DNA of 58,371 nucleotides from Sashavirus BDX09P1. The stretch is taken from the sequence record OZ035775.1; one strand, written 5' to 3'. Under the pieces are notes generated by a model. The model did not search any database and was not told where the DNA came from. It saw only the letters and a program-made list of their open reading frames with translations. The translations under genes were made by a program, and so were the position numbers. Position 1 is the first letter of the stretch, and every line of letters begins with the position of its first letter. Of this stretch, positions 19,057 to 28,063 are shown piece by piece.

Positions 19057-19098
19057 AAGATAGTCGTGTTGGTGTAATCCGTCAAGAATTATTTTAAA
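19057..19098 (-). promoter_or_regulatory. sigma70-like promoter P7 (conserved motif copy)
   Basis: Minus strand TTTAAAATAATTC-TTGACG-17-TATCTT. Confidence 0.6.
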
Positions 19099-19103
19099 GA
19101 TAC

Positions 19104-19190
19104 AGCTAATACAGAATGTGTATTAGCTACACATGGTTTTACATAGGTTTCATGATTTTGAGTTGCAGCTAATACAGAACGTGTATTAAT
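19104..19190. promoter_or_regulatory. two palindromic operator-like sites
   Basis: AGCTAATACA-gaatg-TGTATTAGCT (perfect 10-bp arms) and an imperfect second copy ~60 bp away. Confidence 0.4.
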
Positions 19191-19203
19191 AGATCATAAA
19201 TTC

Positions 19204-19335
19204 ATAGATTTCGTCATGTTTATTTTTCAACCAACCACTCTCTATCTTATTCTTTTTATTATCTTTTTATAGAAAACATAATAAACATAGATAAACAGAA
19301 GAGTAGTATAAGTAGTAAAAGTTGCTGCAAGTAGG
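19204..19335. repeat. AT-rich dispersed element, copy A
   Basis: ~130-150 bp clearly alignable with 58021-58175; first ~60 nt roughly 90% identical by eye. Confidence 0.6.
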
Positions 19336-19382
19336 AGAGGTTTAAAAGGTATAGGGAGTCGCATACTTCCCATGAATCTATA

Positions 19383-19424
19383 CGTAAAATAATTCTTGAC
19401 GGATTACATCGACACAACTACCCT
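19383..19424 (+). promoter_or_regulatory. sigma70-like promoter P8 (conserved motif, plus orientation)
   Basis: TAAAATAATTC-TTGACG-17-TACCCT leading the structural operon. Confidence 0.5.
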
Positions 19425-19454
19425 GTGGTCAAGAAAACAAGAAGGGTTGAATGT

Positions 19455-19823
19455 ATGGATCCGAACATTAGAGTTGCCACAGACGAATTCATTCGTCGCG
19501 CCTGTAAAATTCACGGTGATCGTTACGACTACTCATTCAGCATTGTTGAAGATAGTTCCAGCACAGTGGTTATTATTGACCGTGAAACTAACACAGTGTT
19601 TTTCCAGGTTGTCGCTGAACATCTGGACGGTGTTGAACCAGTAACGACTGCTGTTGAACCAGTAACGACTGCTGTTGAACCAGTAACGACTGCTGTTGAA
19701 CCGATCAAGAATCTTTCTGAGATATTCGGTAACGTTGCAAACAGCGTGTATCACCAGTGCAATTATTCATCTGAAATGTTAGAATTTAGTCATGTTGAAA
19801 CAATACGAGGACAATCCCCGTGA
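19455..19823 (+). CDS. hypothetical protein with EPVTTAV repeats
   Basis: N-terminal DEFIRRACKIHGDRYDYSFS motif shared with triple-repeat protein 28318-28959; three in-frame EPVTTAV repeats. Confidence 0.45.
   Translation: MDPNIRVATDEFIRRACKIHGDRYDYSFSIVEDSSSTVVIIDRETNTVFFQVVAEHLDGVEPVTTAVEPVTTAVEPVTTAVEPIKNLSEIFGNVANSVYHQCNYSSEMLEFSHVETIRGQSP
19632..19703 (+). repeat. 21-bp in-frame tandem repeat (about 3.4 copies)
   Basis: GTTGAACCAGTAACGACTGCT repeated head to tail. Confidence 0.8.
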
Positions 19824-20230
19824 TTAACGTAAAAGTTAATAAGGTTGACAACTCACTACGTATGGTATTCGGTTGGGGTAGCATCTGTAAAAAACGTAAT
19901 CAGGAGACAGGCCAGTTAGAAATTTACACAGATACGGACAACGAGCAATTTCCCGAGGATGTCACTCTGAAAGCATGGTTGGACTTCATGAATTCTGATC
20001 AGCGCATCATGGATAATATGCATAATCAACAACCTGTTGGGAAAGTTGTGTTTGCGTTCCCGATGACCGAAGACATTGCAGCAAGTTTTGGACTGGTTGA
20101 TAAACTGGATCAGACAGGCGTCATTGTTGGTACGTTGATAACTGATGACGAAGTTTTGAAAAAGTTTCAGACTGGTGAATATACGGGATATAGTATCGGT
20201 GGAACTGCATATTATGAGGATGTGGAATAA
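19820..20230 (+). CDS. putative prohead serine protease (XkdF-like)
   Basis: Pattern KVDNSLRMVFGW...MHNQQPVGKVV...TGEYTGYSIGG matches my recollection of the XkdF/S78-type family; sits upstream of scaffold and capsid. Confidence 0.55.
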   Translation: MINVKVNKVDNSLRMVFGWGSICKKRNQETGQLEIYTDTDNEQFPEDVTLKAWLDFMNSDQRIMDNMHNQQPVGKVVFAFPMTEDIAASFGLVDKLDQTGVIVGTLITDDEVLKKFQTGEYTGYSIGGTAYYEDVE

Positions 20231-21489
20231 TGCGTACAGATGGTACTAATCATTTACGCCGCGCTAAATCGATGAAGATCGGTTTTCTGTCCGGCGTGAC
20301 AAAACCTGCTCACGAGGGAGCAAATGCTCTTGTTCTTAAATCACATTCAGAACCGCCTGCTGTTGTTCTTTTAAAGTCAACATTCAGCGCGGCACTGGCT
20401 GAAAAAGAACTTGAACAGAAAGTTCGTGATTTCCTCTCTAATTCGTGGATGTTGAACGATGCGCTTTATGAAGCAGCAGAGGATATTGCAAAAGATGATT
20501 CTGTTACCGATAAACAAGCAGCATTGCGTGACGCGGTAAATGAATATATTATAACGTTGCAACAGGCCGCTGGTATTTCGATGAATAAAGCGAAAGGTGG
20601 TAAAACTGAAGACGGTGAAGTTTTCCCGGCATCTGATTATGCATATGTGCCAGATCCAGAAAAACCTTCAACCTGGAAACTTCGTTTAACAGCTACCCCT
20701 GGCGGTGAACCTGATGCGCGTATTGTAGGCGCTGCACTTGCTGCATTAGGTCCGGGTTATCGCGGTAACAAAGTTGAAATCCCTGAAGCCGATTTAGCAG
20801 GTGTGAAAAACAAAGTCCGATCCGCGTGGAAAAAATTACACCCGGACCAGGAAGTACCTCAAGTTTTAAAAACGGCAGAGGAAATCGAAATGTCCGAACT
20901 GGAAAAATACAAAGCCCTGGCTGAGATGAACGACGTCCATAAGGCGTATCATAATTCTCTGCCTGAATCTGATCAGGAAGCATTCCGTAAAATGGATGCG
21001 ACTGCTCGCGATGCCCTCGTGACGATGGCTAAACAGGCTGATGAATCGTTTACCACGATTGCGGGTCAGGTTGTTCAGAAATCTGTAGCTGGTCCGATGT
21101 ATGACGTTCTGAAATCTCAGGACGAACAACTTCGCAAAGCACAGACCGAAGCGGCACTGGCGAAAGCTAAAGAAACCGTGAACGCTGATTTCGCACACAT
21201 TCCGGGTGAAATGGTACAGAAAACCCAGATGGTCATGACTCTTGAGCGTTTGCCGGAAGCGGATCGTAACTTCCTGGTTGAAAAACTCAAACAGGCCGAC
21301 GAACTCTGGAAAGCACGTAAAGAGCCAGCCGCGCCGAACGGCAGTGGTAAAGGTTCCAGTGCACTGGAAGACATGATCAACGAATGGCTGAAAGCAAATC
21401 CGGGTAAAACACGCACCCAGGCTATGCAGGCCATTTCTGCAACTAAAAAAGGTCAGGAAGCAATCGAAGCGATGCGAGGTGACGAATAA
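20230..21489 (+). CDS. putative scaffolding protein
   Basis: 419 aa, charged and helix-prone, between protease and capsid genes. Confidence 0.45.
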   Translation: MRTDGTNHLRRAKSMKIGFLSGVTKPAHEGANALVLKSHSEPPAVVLLKSTFSAALAEKELEQKVRDFLSNSWMLNDALYEAAEDIAKDDSVTDKQAALRDAVNEYIITLQQAAGISMNKAKGGKTEDGEVFPASDYAYVPDPEKPSTWKLRLTATPGGEPDARIVGAALAALGPGYRGNKVEIPEADLAGVKNKVRSAWKKLHPDQEVPQVLKTAEEIEMSELEKYKALAEMNDVHKAYHNSLPESDQEAFRKMDATARDALVTMAKQADESFTTIAGQVVQKSVAGPMYDVLKSQDEQLRKAQTEAALAKAKETVNADFAHIPGEMVQKTQMVMTLERLPEADRNFLVEKLKQADELWKARKEPAAPNGSGKGSSALEDMINEWLKANPGKTRTQAMQAISATKKGQEAIEAMRGDE

Positions 21490-21899
21490 TGGCTAAGAAC
21501 AGCAAAATCTACTGGAACTATGAGCGCCCGACCCGTGCCGTTGCATCCGTGGCCATTTCGGCAGGTGTTGGTCTTGTTCTGGATACCAGTTTAGGTGACA
21601 CTAACCAATGTGTACCTAAATACAAACTCCCAACGGCTGGCGGTCGTATTGACGGTGTGGCGGTTGATGATGTCGCAGCAGGTGTATTCTTTGATCTGGT
21701 GAATGAAAAAGAAAAATTCGTACCAGTAAAAGCCGCTGCAACGTTCGCCACAGGTGTTGAGCTTGCTGTTGGTGCTGACGGACGATTCCAGACCGCTACT
21801 GCTAATCAACTGGTTGTGGCTATTTCTCAAACTGGTGCCACTGCTGAAAACCAGGTAGCTACCGCATTACTTATTGCACCGTATTCTAAAGGAGCATAA
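21489..21899 (+). CDS. putative head decoration protein
   Basis: 136 aa, Ala/Gly/Val-rich, directly before major capsid as in lambda D-E order. Confidence 0.4.
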   Translation: MAKNSKIYWNYERPTRAVASVAISAGVGLVLDTSLGDTNQCVPKYKLPTAGGRIDGVAVDDVAAGVFFDLVNEKEKFVPVKAAATFATGVELAVGADGRFQTATANQLVVAISQTGATAENQVATALLIAPYSKGA

Positions 21900-21902
21900 C
21901 CG

Positions 21903-22922
21903 ATGAGTTACAAACAGAATTTTCGCGACGTTGGCGCACCAGATACATTCCTGTCTAACTTTTCTGTAAGTTACTGGCAGGATACGTCACTGTTTGTCGG
22001 TACTCGTTATTTCCCGGTAGTTCCTGTTAATCAGGCTGCTGGTAAGTTTCTGACTTACCCGAAAGGTTATTTCGGTCGTCCGGTTAACTCCAAACGTGCC
22101 GAAGATGGTGTTGCTAACACTATTGGTTACAAAACCAAAAACCAGGGTTACACCGTTGATGACGATGCGATCCGTATCTTTATTTCTGACAAAAAACGTG
22201 CAAACGTTCAAAACGGTCAGCAACTGGATATGGAAGCGTCAGCAGTAACCACAGATGCGTTGCTGATCAACAAAGAAGTGGATTTTGCTGAAAAATTCCT
22301 GACCGCTGGTAAATGGGGTCTTGATTTCCAGGGTAAAGACTCGTCTCCGTCCACGGGTGAATTCCTGAAATGGTCTAATGCGAATGCCGATCCGATTGGT
22401 GATATCCTGTCACGTCGTGTTGCGTTCTCTCTGGCATCCGGTGGTCGTCGCTGGAACAAAGCACTGATGACGCTGGACGTGTATGACGCACTGACCCGTA
22501 GCCCGGCTGTTATTGACCGTATTAACGGTGGTTCTACCACTCAGAACCCTGGGATCGTGACTAAACAGGCACTGGCTGCACTGCTGGAAGTTGACGAACT
22601 GGAAATCATGCAGTCTGTGGTCAACATGGCTGCTGATGGCGTTGAAGACGGTGACGGCAATCCACTGTCAGACTTCCAGTTTGCTAAAACTGGTGTGCTG
22701 ATGCTCAACTATGTCGAACCGACTGTTGGCAATATGAAACCTGTTGCGGCTGCGGGCTTCGTGTGGAACGAGTTCATCGGTCTGGGCGTTAACAACGGTC
22801 CGTCTATCCGTACCTATCCGGGCGTCGAAGGCCGTCGTGGTAATTTCGTTGAAGCGGAATTTGCCATTGATGTTCAGATGGTTGCACCTGACCTGGGCGT
22901 TCTGTTCTACGACGCGGTTTAA
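21903..22922 (+). CDS. major capsid protein (lambda gpE-like)
   Basis: 339 aa, size and position; lambda E-like by size and gene order; family not confirmed. Confidence 0.7.
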   Translation: MSYKQNFRDVGAPDTFLSNFSVSYWQDTSLFVGTRYFPVVPVNQAAGKFLTYPKGYFGRPVNSKRAEDGVANTIGYKTKNQGYTVDDDAIRIFISDKKRANVQNGQQLDMEASAVTTDALLINKEVDFAEKFLTAGKWGLDFQGKDSSPSTGEFLKWSNANADPIGDILSRRVAFSLASGGRRWNKALMTLDVYDALTRSPAVIDRINGGSTTQNPGIVTKQALAALLEVDELEIMQSVVNMAADGVEDGDGNPLSDFQFAKTGVLMLNYVEPTVGNMKPVAAAGFVWNEFIGLGVNNGPSIRTYPGVEGRRGNFVEAEFAIDVQMVAPDLGVLFYDAV

Positions 22923-22942
22923 TAACAACTGTGGTATCATTA

Positions 22943-22969
22943 AGGGGTGGCTTATGCTGCCCCTTTTTT
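22943..22969 (+). terminator. weak hairpin + T-run after capsid gene
   Basis: GGGG...CCCC short stem followed by TTTTTT. Confidence 0.35.
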
Positions 22970-22984
22970 CATGAGGTTAAAATC

Positions 22985-23338
22985 ATGCGTAATTCATATG
23001 ATCCGTCACTGAAATATGTTTTCACCCGTCCGATGCTGTGGAATGGTAAACAGATGTCCGCTGGCGATAAAGTATCAACATCAAAAGCTATCCCGGCTGT
23101 TTTAAATGCCCTTGTGCGTATGCGCCACATTGAACCAGCTACTGCGACCGTTGAAGAACCAGTGACTGTAGCAACCGAAGAATCGGTATCAACCACAGCT
23201 GCTGAAATCCGACGTGACGCGCCAAAAACCTATAACGTTTATGTTATGGGTATGCCGATGAATTCAGAATCATTCAGCAGTAAAAGTGCCGCTGCTGAAT
23301 GGTGTGAATCTCAAGGCTTGACATATAACTATTCTTGA
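22985..23338 (+). CDS. hypothetical head-associated protein
   Basis: Start moved to MRNSYDPS with GAGG RBS. Confidence 0.4.
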   Translation: MRNSYDPSLKYVFTRPMLWNGKQMSAGDKVSTSKAIPAVLNALVRMRHIEPATATVEEPVTVATEESVSTTAAEIRRDAPKTYNVYVMGMPMNSESFSSKSAAAEWCESQGLTYNYS

Positions 23339-23346
23339 CCTATTGT
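23318..23346 (+). promoter_or_regulatory. promoter-like element at 3' end of gene
   Basis: TTGACA-17 bp-TATTGT overlapping the stop codon, pointing into the non-coding island. Confidence 0.4.
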
Positions 23347-23352
23347 TAGTTG

Positions 23353-24053
23353 TAGATAGTTTTCGTGGCGACTTTGCGGACTTTTTAGAAACTGACCACA
23401 AAGATAAATGCAAACGAAGAACGTTTTCTGATGGCGGCGTAATAGCCTGTAAGTCAGCAAGGTCTTCCGATTCCTTGTAAATAAATTCGGCGCACTGGCC
23501 CGGTGTGATTAATAATGGGCACCCACGAATGAGAGTATTGTGATTGATCGTCGTTCTTGCGCGCAAAGTCTGCTCGAAGACAGTATTCTCATTCGTGGGT
23601 AACAACGGGCGTGTCGCCTTAGTAAATCCCTCAAGGGTGCAGCGAATAATCCGGTAATGTCGTTGCCGTAAGCCGCACGAAACGTGGCACACAACAGGTA
23701 AGAGCATTTGGTCAATGCGAAGTTATTCGCGCAGACGTAAGGCCTAATTGTCGGCAGTGCTCTTATCGTTGTGGTGAATTGCAGTTCTCAGAAACAACCA
23801 GAAGATAAGCGCCTGGCACTGCAACCCAAACACTCGCTGATAAGGAGGTGATCCTTATCTTGCTGGCGGGAAAGCCGCAAATCGTGGGTAAAGCATGTTG
23901 TGAAACATCCTGAACTGCGTGTCGTTTTACATAACTGGTTATTCACGTGTCACGCATAGGGGTATGTTGGGACGTCAGGTGTGGATGACCAGTTATGTAA
24001 AACCCTCATTATCACCCAGAGCCATTTGCCGTCTGTTTAAGACGGCTTTTTTT
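23353..24053 (+). ncRNA. candidate structured non-coding transcript
   Basis: ~700 bp with no credible ORF on either strand, GC-richer than surroundings, long imperfect hairpin (14-bp stem with G-U) at ~23517-23600, ends at strong terminator. Confidence 0.3.
24028..24053 (+). terminator. intrinsic terminator
   Basis: GCCGTCT-gttta-AGACGGC + 7 T. Confidence 0.7.
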
Positions 24054-24092
24054 CGTGCTAATATAACGAAAACATTTCTCACAGGTGATCAC

Positions 24093-24503
24093 ATGGCTAT
24101 TACAGTTGAAGGTATTCGTTATTTGATCAGTGTCCCTGATGTTACTGATGAACAAATTCAGTGGTACATTGACAACGGTTATACAAATCCTCTCAGTATT
24201 TGCGTTGCTCTCTGTGATTATATGGCGTCTATCGCCAGCAACGATACTGATATTAAAGTAGGTCCGATCTCACTCAGCAGTAGTCAGTCAGCAGACGCCT
24301 GGAATAAACTTAAAAAAGATTTTATTTTACGTATTAATACTGGCGCTGATTCAGGTGGTGGTTTGTTAGGTAGTTTTATGGGTGTTGGTGGAGCTACATT
24401 AACTGGCGCTGGTATGCAACCTGCTATTCAACGTGGTCAGTTCGACAACCCACCTGTAACACTTGAAAGCGGTGGTCGTGCACTTAACGAGGGTGAACGG
24501 TGA
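24093..24503 (+). CDS. putative head-tail connector / head completion protein
   Basis: Start at ATG with RBS; position between capsid and tail genes. Confidence 0.4.
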   Translation: MAITVEGIRYLISVPDVTDEQIQWYIDNGYTNPLSICVALCDYMASIASNDTDIKVGPISLSSSQSADAWNKLKKDFILRINTGADSGGGLLGSFMGVGGATLTGAGMQPAIQRGQFDNPPVTLESGGRALNEGER

Positions 24504-24877
24504 TGGCAGACAAACGTCAAAGTGTCCTGAACGGTGTTACTCGTGCACTTGCTGAAGTAGGTGAGGATTTAACAGTTAAACGCACGACAACGGTTCCTAA
24601 TCCGTCTAATCCTACATTACCGGGCACAACCGTTACTGAATCACACACCTGTCGTGGTTATATTTACCCATTAGAAAAATGGGATCCGACTACTATGACC
24701 AGGATAACTACGACGATGGTAATTATGGATAGTCAGAGTTTTGAACCACGATTCGTTCCCGATCGGGGGGATGTTGTGGTTGATGAACGTGGTAAAGAAT
24801 ATCGCCTTCTTGATCGTCAAAACCCACGATTGTTAGGGGATGATATGGCATTTATTCACCCTGTTGGAGCGGCCTGA
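24500..24877 (+). CDS. putative head-tail joining protein
   Basis: Track ORF, 4-bp overlap. Confidence 0.4.
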   Translation: MMADKRQSVLNGVTRALAEVGEDLTVKRTTTVPNPSNPTLPGTTVTESHTCRGYIYPLEKWDPTTMTRITTTMVIMDSQSFEPRFVPDRGDVVVDERGKEYRLLDRQNPRLLGDDMAFIHPVGAA

Positions 24878-24878
24878 T

Positions 24879-25310
24879 ATGGCTAAGGCTAACGTTAATG
24901 ACATAAACCGTATAACAGGTGTCTTTAAAGACATTAAAGCTGACCTGCGAGATTTTACCGATCGTGAAGTCATCCGGTATGTCCTGACGTTACGTAATAT
25001 TCTTGTCAGTGAACCACCTGACGGTACACCTGTGGATACAGGCTGGGCAAGTAACAACTGGTGGTTCGATCAGGGGCAACCCGCTAATAGTCCTGATACA
25101 CCAACAGGTAATGTTGAAGCCAGTAAAGCACGTGTCGAACAGGATACGGTCACTATCAGCAGTATTAAAGTTAATGGTCAGGAACTGCATATTACTAACA
25201 ACGTTCCTTACATTGGGGTTCTCAATGGTGGTAGCAGTACACAGACACCTTCCGGGTTTGTCGAACGTGCTATATTAAAAGCCGGAATAATGGTGAGGTT
25301 TAATCAGTGA
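24879..25310 (+). CDS. putative tail completion protein
   Basis: Start moved to MAKANVN with GGAGCGG RBS. Confidence 0.4.
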   Translation: MAKANVNDINRITGVFKDIKADLRDFTDREVIRYVLTLRNILVSEPPDGTPVDTGWASNNWWFDQGQPANSPDTPTGNVEASKARVEQDTVTISSIKVNGQELHITNNVPYIGVLNGGSSTQTPSGFVERAILKAGIMVRFNQ

Positions 25311-25732
25311 TGACACTCTCAGATGTTTCAGGAATTGTTTATAATCGCGTTCTGGCGAATCTCCCCGTGGAAATTACGCCTGACAGATTTACAATCGCTT
25401 CTGGTCAACTCTCTGATGACACTACAGAAAAACCCGGTCTGATTCTGACACACAATCCCGGTCCGTGGACAATAACCACGTTGGGTGGGGAAGGTGTTTG
25501 TCGTCGTCGTTTAAGAACAGGAAACGTTTTTTTACAGGTACGTACACCTGCTCAGTATGGTATGGACACTTTGAGTATTGATATTGCGGATCGGCTTGCA
25601 AAATTATTTGAAGGTGTCTGGCAGGACCGCCCGTTAATTTACACGAGTGTTGATATTCGTCATCAGGGTCGTGATAACGCGTGGTTTTTAACAAACGTCG
25701 TACTTAGTTACGAATACGAAGAAATATATTAA
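25307..25732 (+). CDS. putative tail terminator protein
   Basis: Track ORF by position. Confidence 0.35.
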   Translation: MMTLSDVSGIVYNRVLANLPVEITPDRFTIASGQLSDDTTEKPGLILTHNPGPWTITTLGGEGVCRRRLRTGNVFLQVRTPAQYGMDTLSIDIADRLAKLFEGVWQDRPLIYTSVDIRHQGRDNAWFLTNVVLSYEYEEIY

Positions 25733-25768
25733 ACTACGAATGATTGCAATCAAACGAGGCTTAGAACA

Positions 25769-27226
25769 ATGGCTGAATCAATTTTTAAATGTTCGCAAAC
25801 ACCTGCGGCTGATGTAAACGCAACACGACTCAGTGTAGCAAAAGTCTGTGAACCTGTTTCTGGTACACCCTGGACGGTTCAACAACCGAATGAAATTAGT
25901 TCTTACAGTGCTGATATTACAAAGACTCAGCGTACACCGATCAGTACGGACCGATCTGCACGTAAAGGCACGGTAACTAACGTTGAAGTTGCACCGGGTT
26001 TTCAGACAGACCTGACACTTGATACATTCCGCTACTGGGGTGACGGATTCCTTTATAGTAAATGGGTCGGTGCTGGTGCAATTGATATTGATGTTACCAG
26101 TGTTGACGCTGACGCTTATAATGTTACTACTCTTGATGCGGCATTACCTGAAGGTGCTCTTGTTTATGCGACAGGTTTTACACTGGCTGCAAACAACGGT
26201 TTGAAAACTGTAGGCGCTGATAGTACCACTACTGCTATCAAAGTGTCAGGGCTTACTGCCGAAGCGTCACCGCCTGCTGAAGCTCGTTTGTATCTCGTGG
26301 GGTATGCTGCAGCGTCTGGTGACATCGCTGTTAACAGTAATGGTCAGTTGACGTCTACCACCCTGGATTTTTCCACACTGGGTTTAGTACCGGGCCAGTA
26401 TATTTATATTGACGGTCTAACACAGTCGGTTACCAGTAAAATGGCCCGTGTGACTATGGTTGGTGATCATGTTCTGACTCTCGCTAACAGTGAATTCACC
26501 ACTGAAGAAGGTACGGGTAAAACTGTACGTTTATTTGTTTCCAGTTTTGTTCGAAACGTTCCTGTTGATTCTGCAGAGTTCGTGAAAACTGAATACACGA
26601 TGGAAGCACGTTACAACACGACACCTGTTATTTATGAATACGCGCGTGCTGTAGCTGCAAACCAGATGACAATCAACGCACCATTGACTGAAAAAATGAC
26701 AATGGATCTGACGTTTGTAGCACAGGATTTATCAGCACCGTCAGAAACAGCGCTACCAGGTTCCGGGTATATTGAATTCGTGGCTAACGAAGCGTACAAC
26801 ACCGTAACGAACCTGAACCGTGTACGACTGACCGGGATTGATGATAGTGGCCTCAGTACGTTCCTGAAAGACGTTACTGTCACCGTGAATAACAATGTGT
26901 CAGGTGAAAACGTGCTGGGCGTGATGGGTGCTGCGTTTACCAATATTGGTAACCTGGAAATCACGATGGAAACTGAAACGGTGATGACGGACGGTGCTGT
27001 ACTGGCTGCGATCCGTAACAACGCAACAGTCAACTTCGAACTTGCCGGGGTAAACGGTGATGGTGCAATTGTGGTTAACATCCCCGCTATGACACTGGGT
27101 GACGGTTCTAAGAACCTTGCAACGGGCGAAAAAGTGAAAGTCACTGTTAGCGGTAACGCCCACGAAGAAGAGTCGATCGGTTTTATGATTGGATTCAGCT
27201 TGTTCCCGTACTTGCCTACAGCATGA
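25769..27226 (+). CDS. putative major tail protein
   Basis: 485 aa, Thr/Val/Ala-rich, directly before chaperone G/GT; terminator follows. Confidence 0.5.
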   Translation: MAESIFKCSQTPAADVNATRLSVAKVCEPVSGTPWTVQQPNEISSYSADITKTQRTPISTDRSARKGTVTNVEVAPGFQTDLTLDTFRYWGDGFLYSKWVGAGAIDIDVTSVDADAYNVTTLDAALPEGALVYATGFTLAANNGLKTVGADSTTTAIKVSGLTAEASPPAEARLYLVGYAAASGDIAVNSNGQLTSTTLDFSTLGLVPGQYIYIDGLTQSVTSKMARVTMVGDHVLTLANSEFTTEEGTGKTVRLFVSSFVRNVPVDSAEFVKTEYTMEARYNTTPVIYEYARAVAANQMTINAPLTEKMTMDLTFVAQDLSAPSETALPGSGYIEFVANEAYNTVTNLNRVRLTGIDDSGLSTFLKDVTVTVNNNVSGENVLGVMGAAFTNIGNLEITMETETVMTDGAVLAAIRNNATVNFELAGVNGDGAIVVNIPAMTLGDGSKNLATGEKVKVTVSGNAHEEESIGFMIGFSLFPYLPTA

Positions 27227-27246
27227 CATGGTAGATGGTAGTGGTT

Positions 27247-27269
27247 GCCCGGTGTTAACCGGGCTTTTT
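27247..27269 (+). terminator. intrinsic terminator
   Basis: GCCCGG-tgttaa-CCGGGC + TTTTT. Confidence 0.6.
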
Positions 27270-27331
27270 GTTGCGTAATTTGTACAGAACTATTACTATC
27301 TAATCGTCTACTACATAAAAGGTAAAAAACC

Positions 27332-27754
27332 ATGTCAAAGTTTGACCATCTGAAAAAAGCACTTTCTCCACTGGTGCTGAAGTCTTCTGCTGAACTGATT
27401 TTAAATGAAAATTTCAGTATCACCGTGTTGAACCTGAACACCGCTAACCAGGTATATAACGTAACAGTTGCGGACTATGTAAAACAGAACGGTGTGTTGT
27501 CTGAAAACTTCTTTGAAAAACTGTGGAATCAGGAATATACACCAGAAGGTGTTAAGTTCGTGGCTAACGTTCTTATGCTGGACTGGAAACTGATTGGTGA
27601 AGATGACAAACCGGAACCATTCAGTGTTGAAGAAGCTATTGAACTGTTAAGTGATGAACGTTTTGGTCAGGTGATCTACAGTCGTGTTATTCAGTTTGCA
27701 ATTAATTCCGCATTTTTCCAGGACGAATGGGAAAAACAGATTGAAAAAAACTGA
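27332..27754 (+). CDS. tail assembly chaperone (G-like)
   Basis: 140 aa acidic protein upstream of tape measure; slippery A_AAA_AAC at its 3' end. Confidence 0.55.
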   Translation: MSKFDHLKKALSPLVLKSSAELILNENFSITVLNLNTANQVYNVTVADYVKQNGVLSENFFEKLWNQEYTPEGVKFVANVLMLDWKLIGEDDKPEPFSVEEAIELLSDERFGQVIYSRVIQFAINSAFFQDEWEKQIEKN

Positions 27755-28050
27755 TCGACTTCCTCTTGTGGAACGATAAGACAGACGGGGACGACCTGGA
27801 CTGGGTTACACAAGGGGCGGCTGCACGTGGTATATCTGTTCCGGTTGTTGTACAGAAACGACCTAGATTGCGACCTGATGCTATATTTTTTTGGAATGCT
27901 TACGTGGATCTGATGGAAGCTGATTGGGTTGCTTGTGAGCGATATGCACGGGTGTATAACGTTGATGTACAATTCCTATGGAAATTATTGGTAGCGTTGC
28001 GGTCTGCACGTGTTGTCGAGATGAAGAAAAATAAACACAAGCCCGGTTAG
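27745..28050 (+). CDS. GT-like C-terminal extension reached by -1 frameshift
   Basis: -1 frame is open from 27745 and spans track ORF 27766-28050; heptamer A_AAA_AAC at 27745-27751 in the G frame. Confidence 0.5.
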   Translation, partial: KKLIDFLLWNDKTDGDDLDWVTQGAAARGISVPVVVQKRPRLRPDAIFFWNAYVDLMEADWVACERYARVYNVDVQFLWKLLVALRSARVVEMKKNKHKPG

Positions 28051-28063
28051 TTCCGGGCTTTTT
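28041..28063. terminator. hairpin terminator
   Basis: GCCCGG-ttagtt-CCGGGC + TTTTT; same hairpin sequence as near 781 and 1466. Confidence 0.55.

Noticed and set aside
19632-19703. Possible CRISPR array from short direct repeats
   Set aside because: Repeats are 21-30 bp, directly tandem with no spacers, in frame inside coding sequence; no cas genes present.
23270-23715. Minus-strand track ORFs (145 aa and 68 aa) across the non-coding island
   Set aside because: No RBS, odd composition, overlap the 3' end of a plus-strand gene and lie in a region with a promoter and terminator in the plus orientation; treated as chance ORFs.
23339-24092. Group I/II intron or intein splitting a head gene
   Set aside because: The upstream gene ends at a stop codon and the downstream gene has its own RBS and ATG; no intron-encoded endonuclease ORF or split reading frame.
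27766-28050. Independent initiation of the track ORF at TTG 27766
   Set aside because: No RBS, and the frame is open upstream back to the slippery site at 27745; a -1 frameshift extension is more consistent, though unproven.
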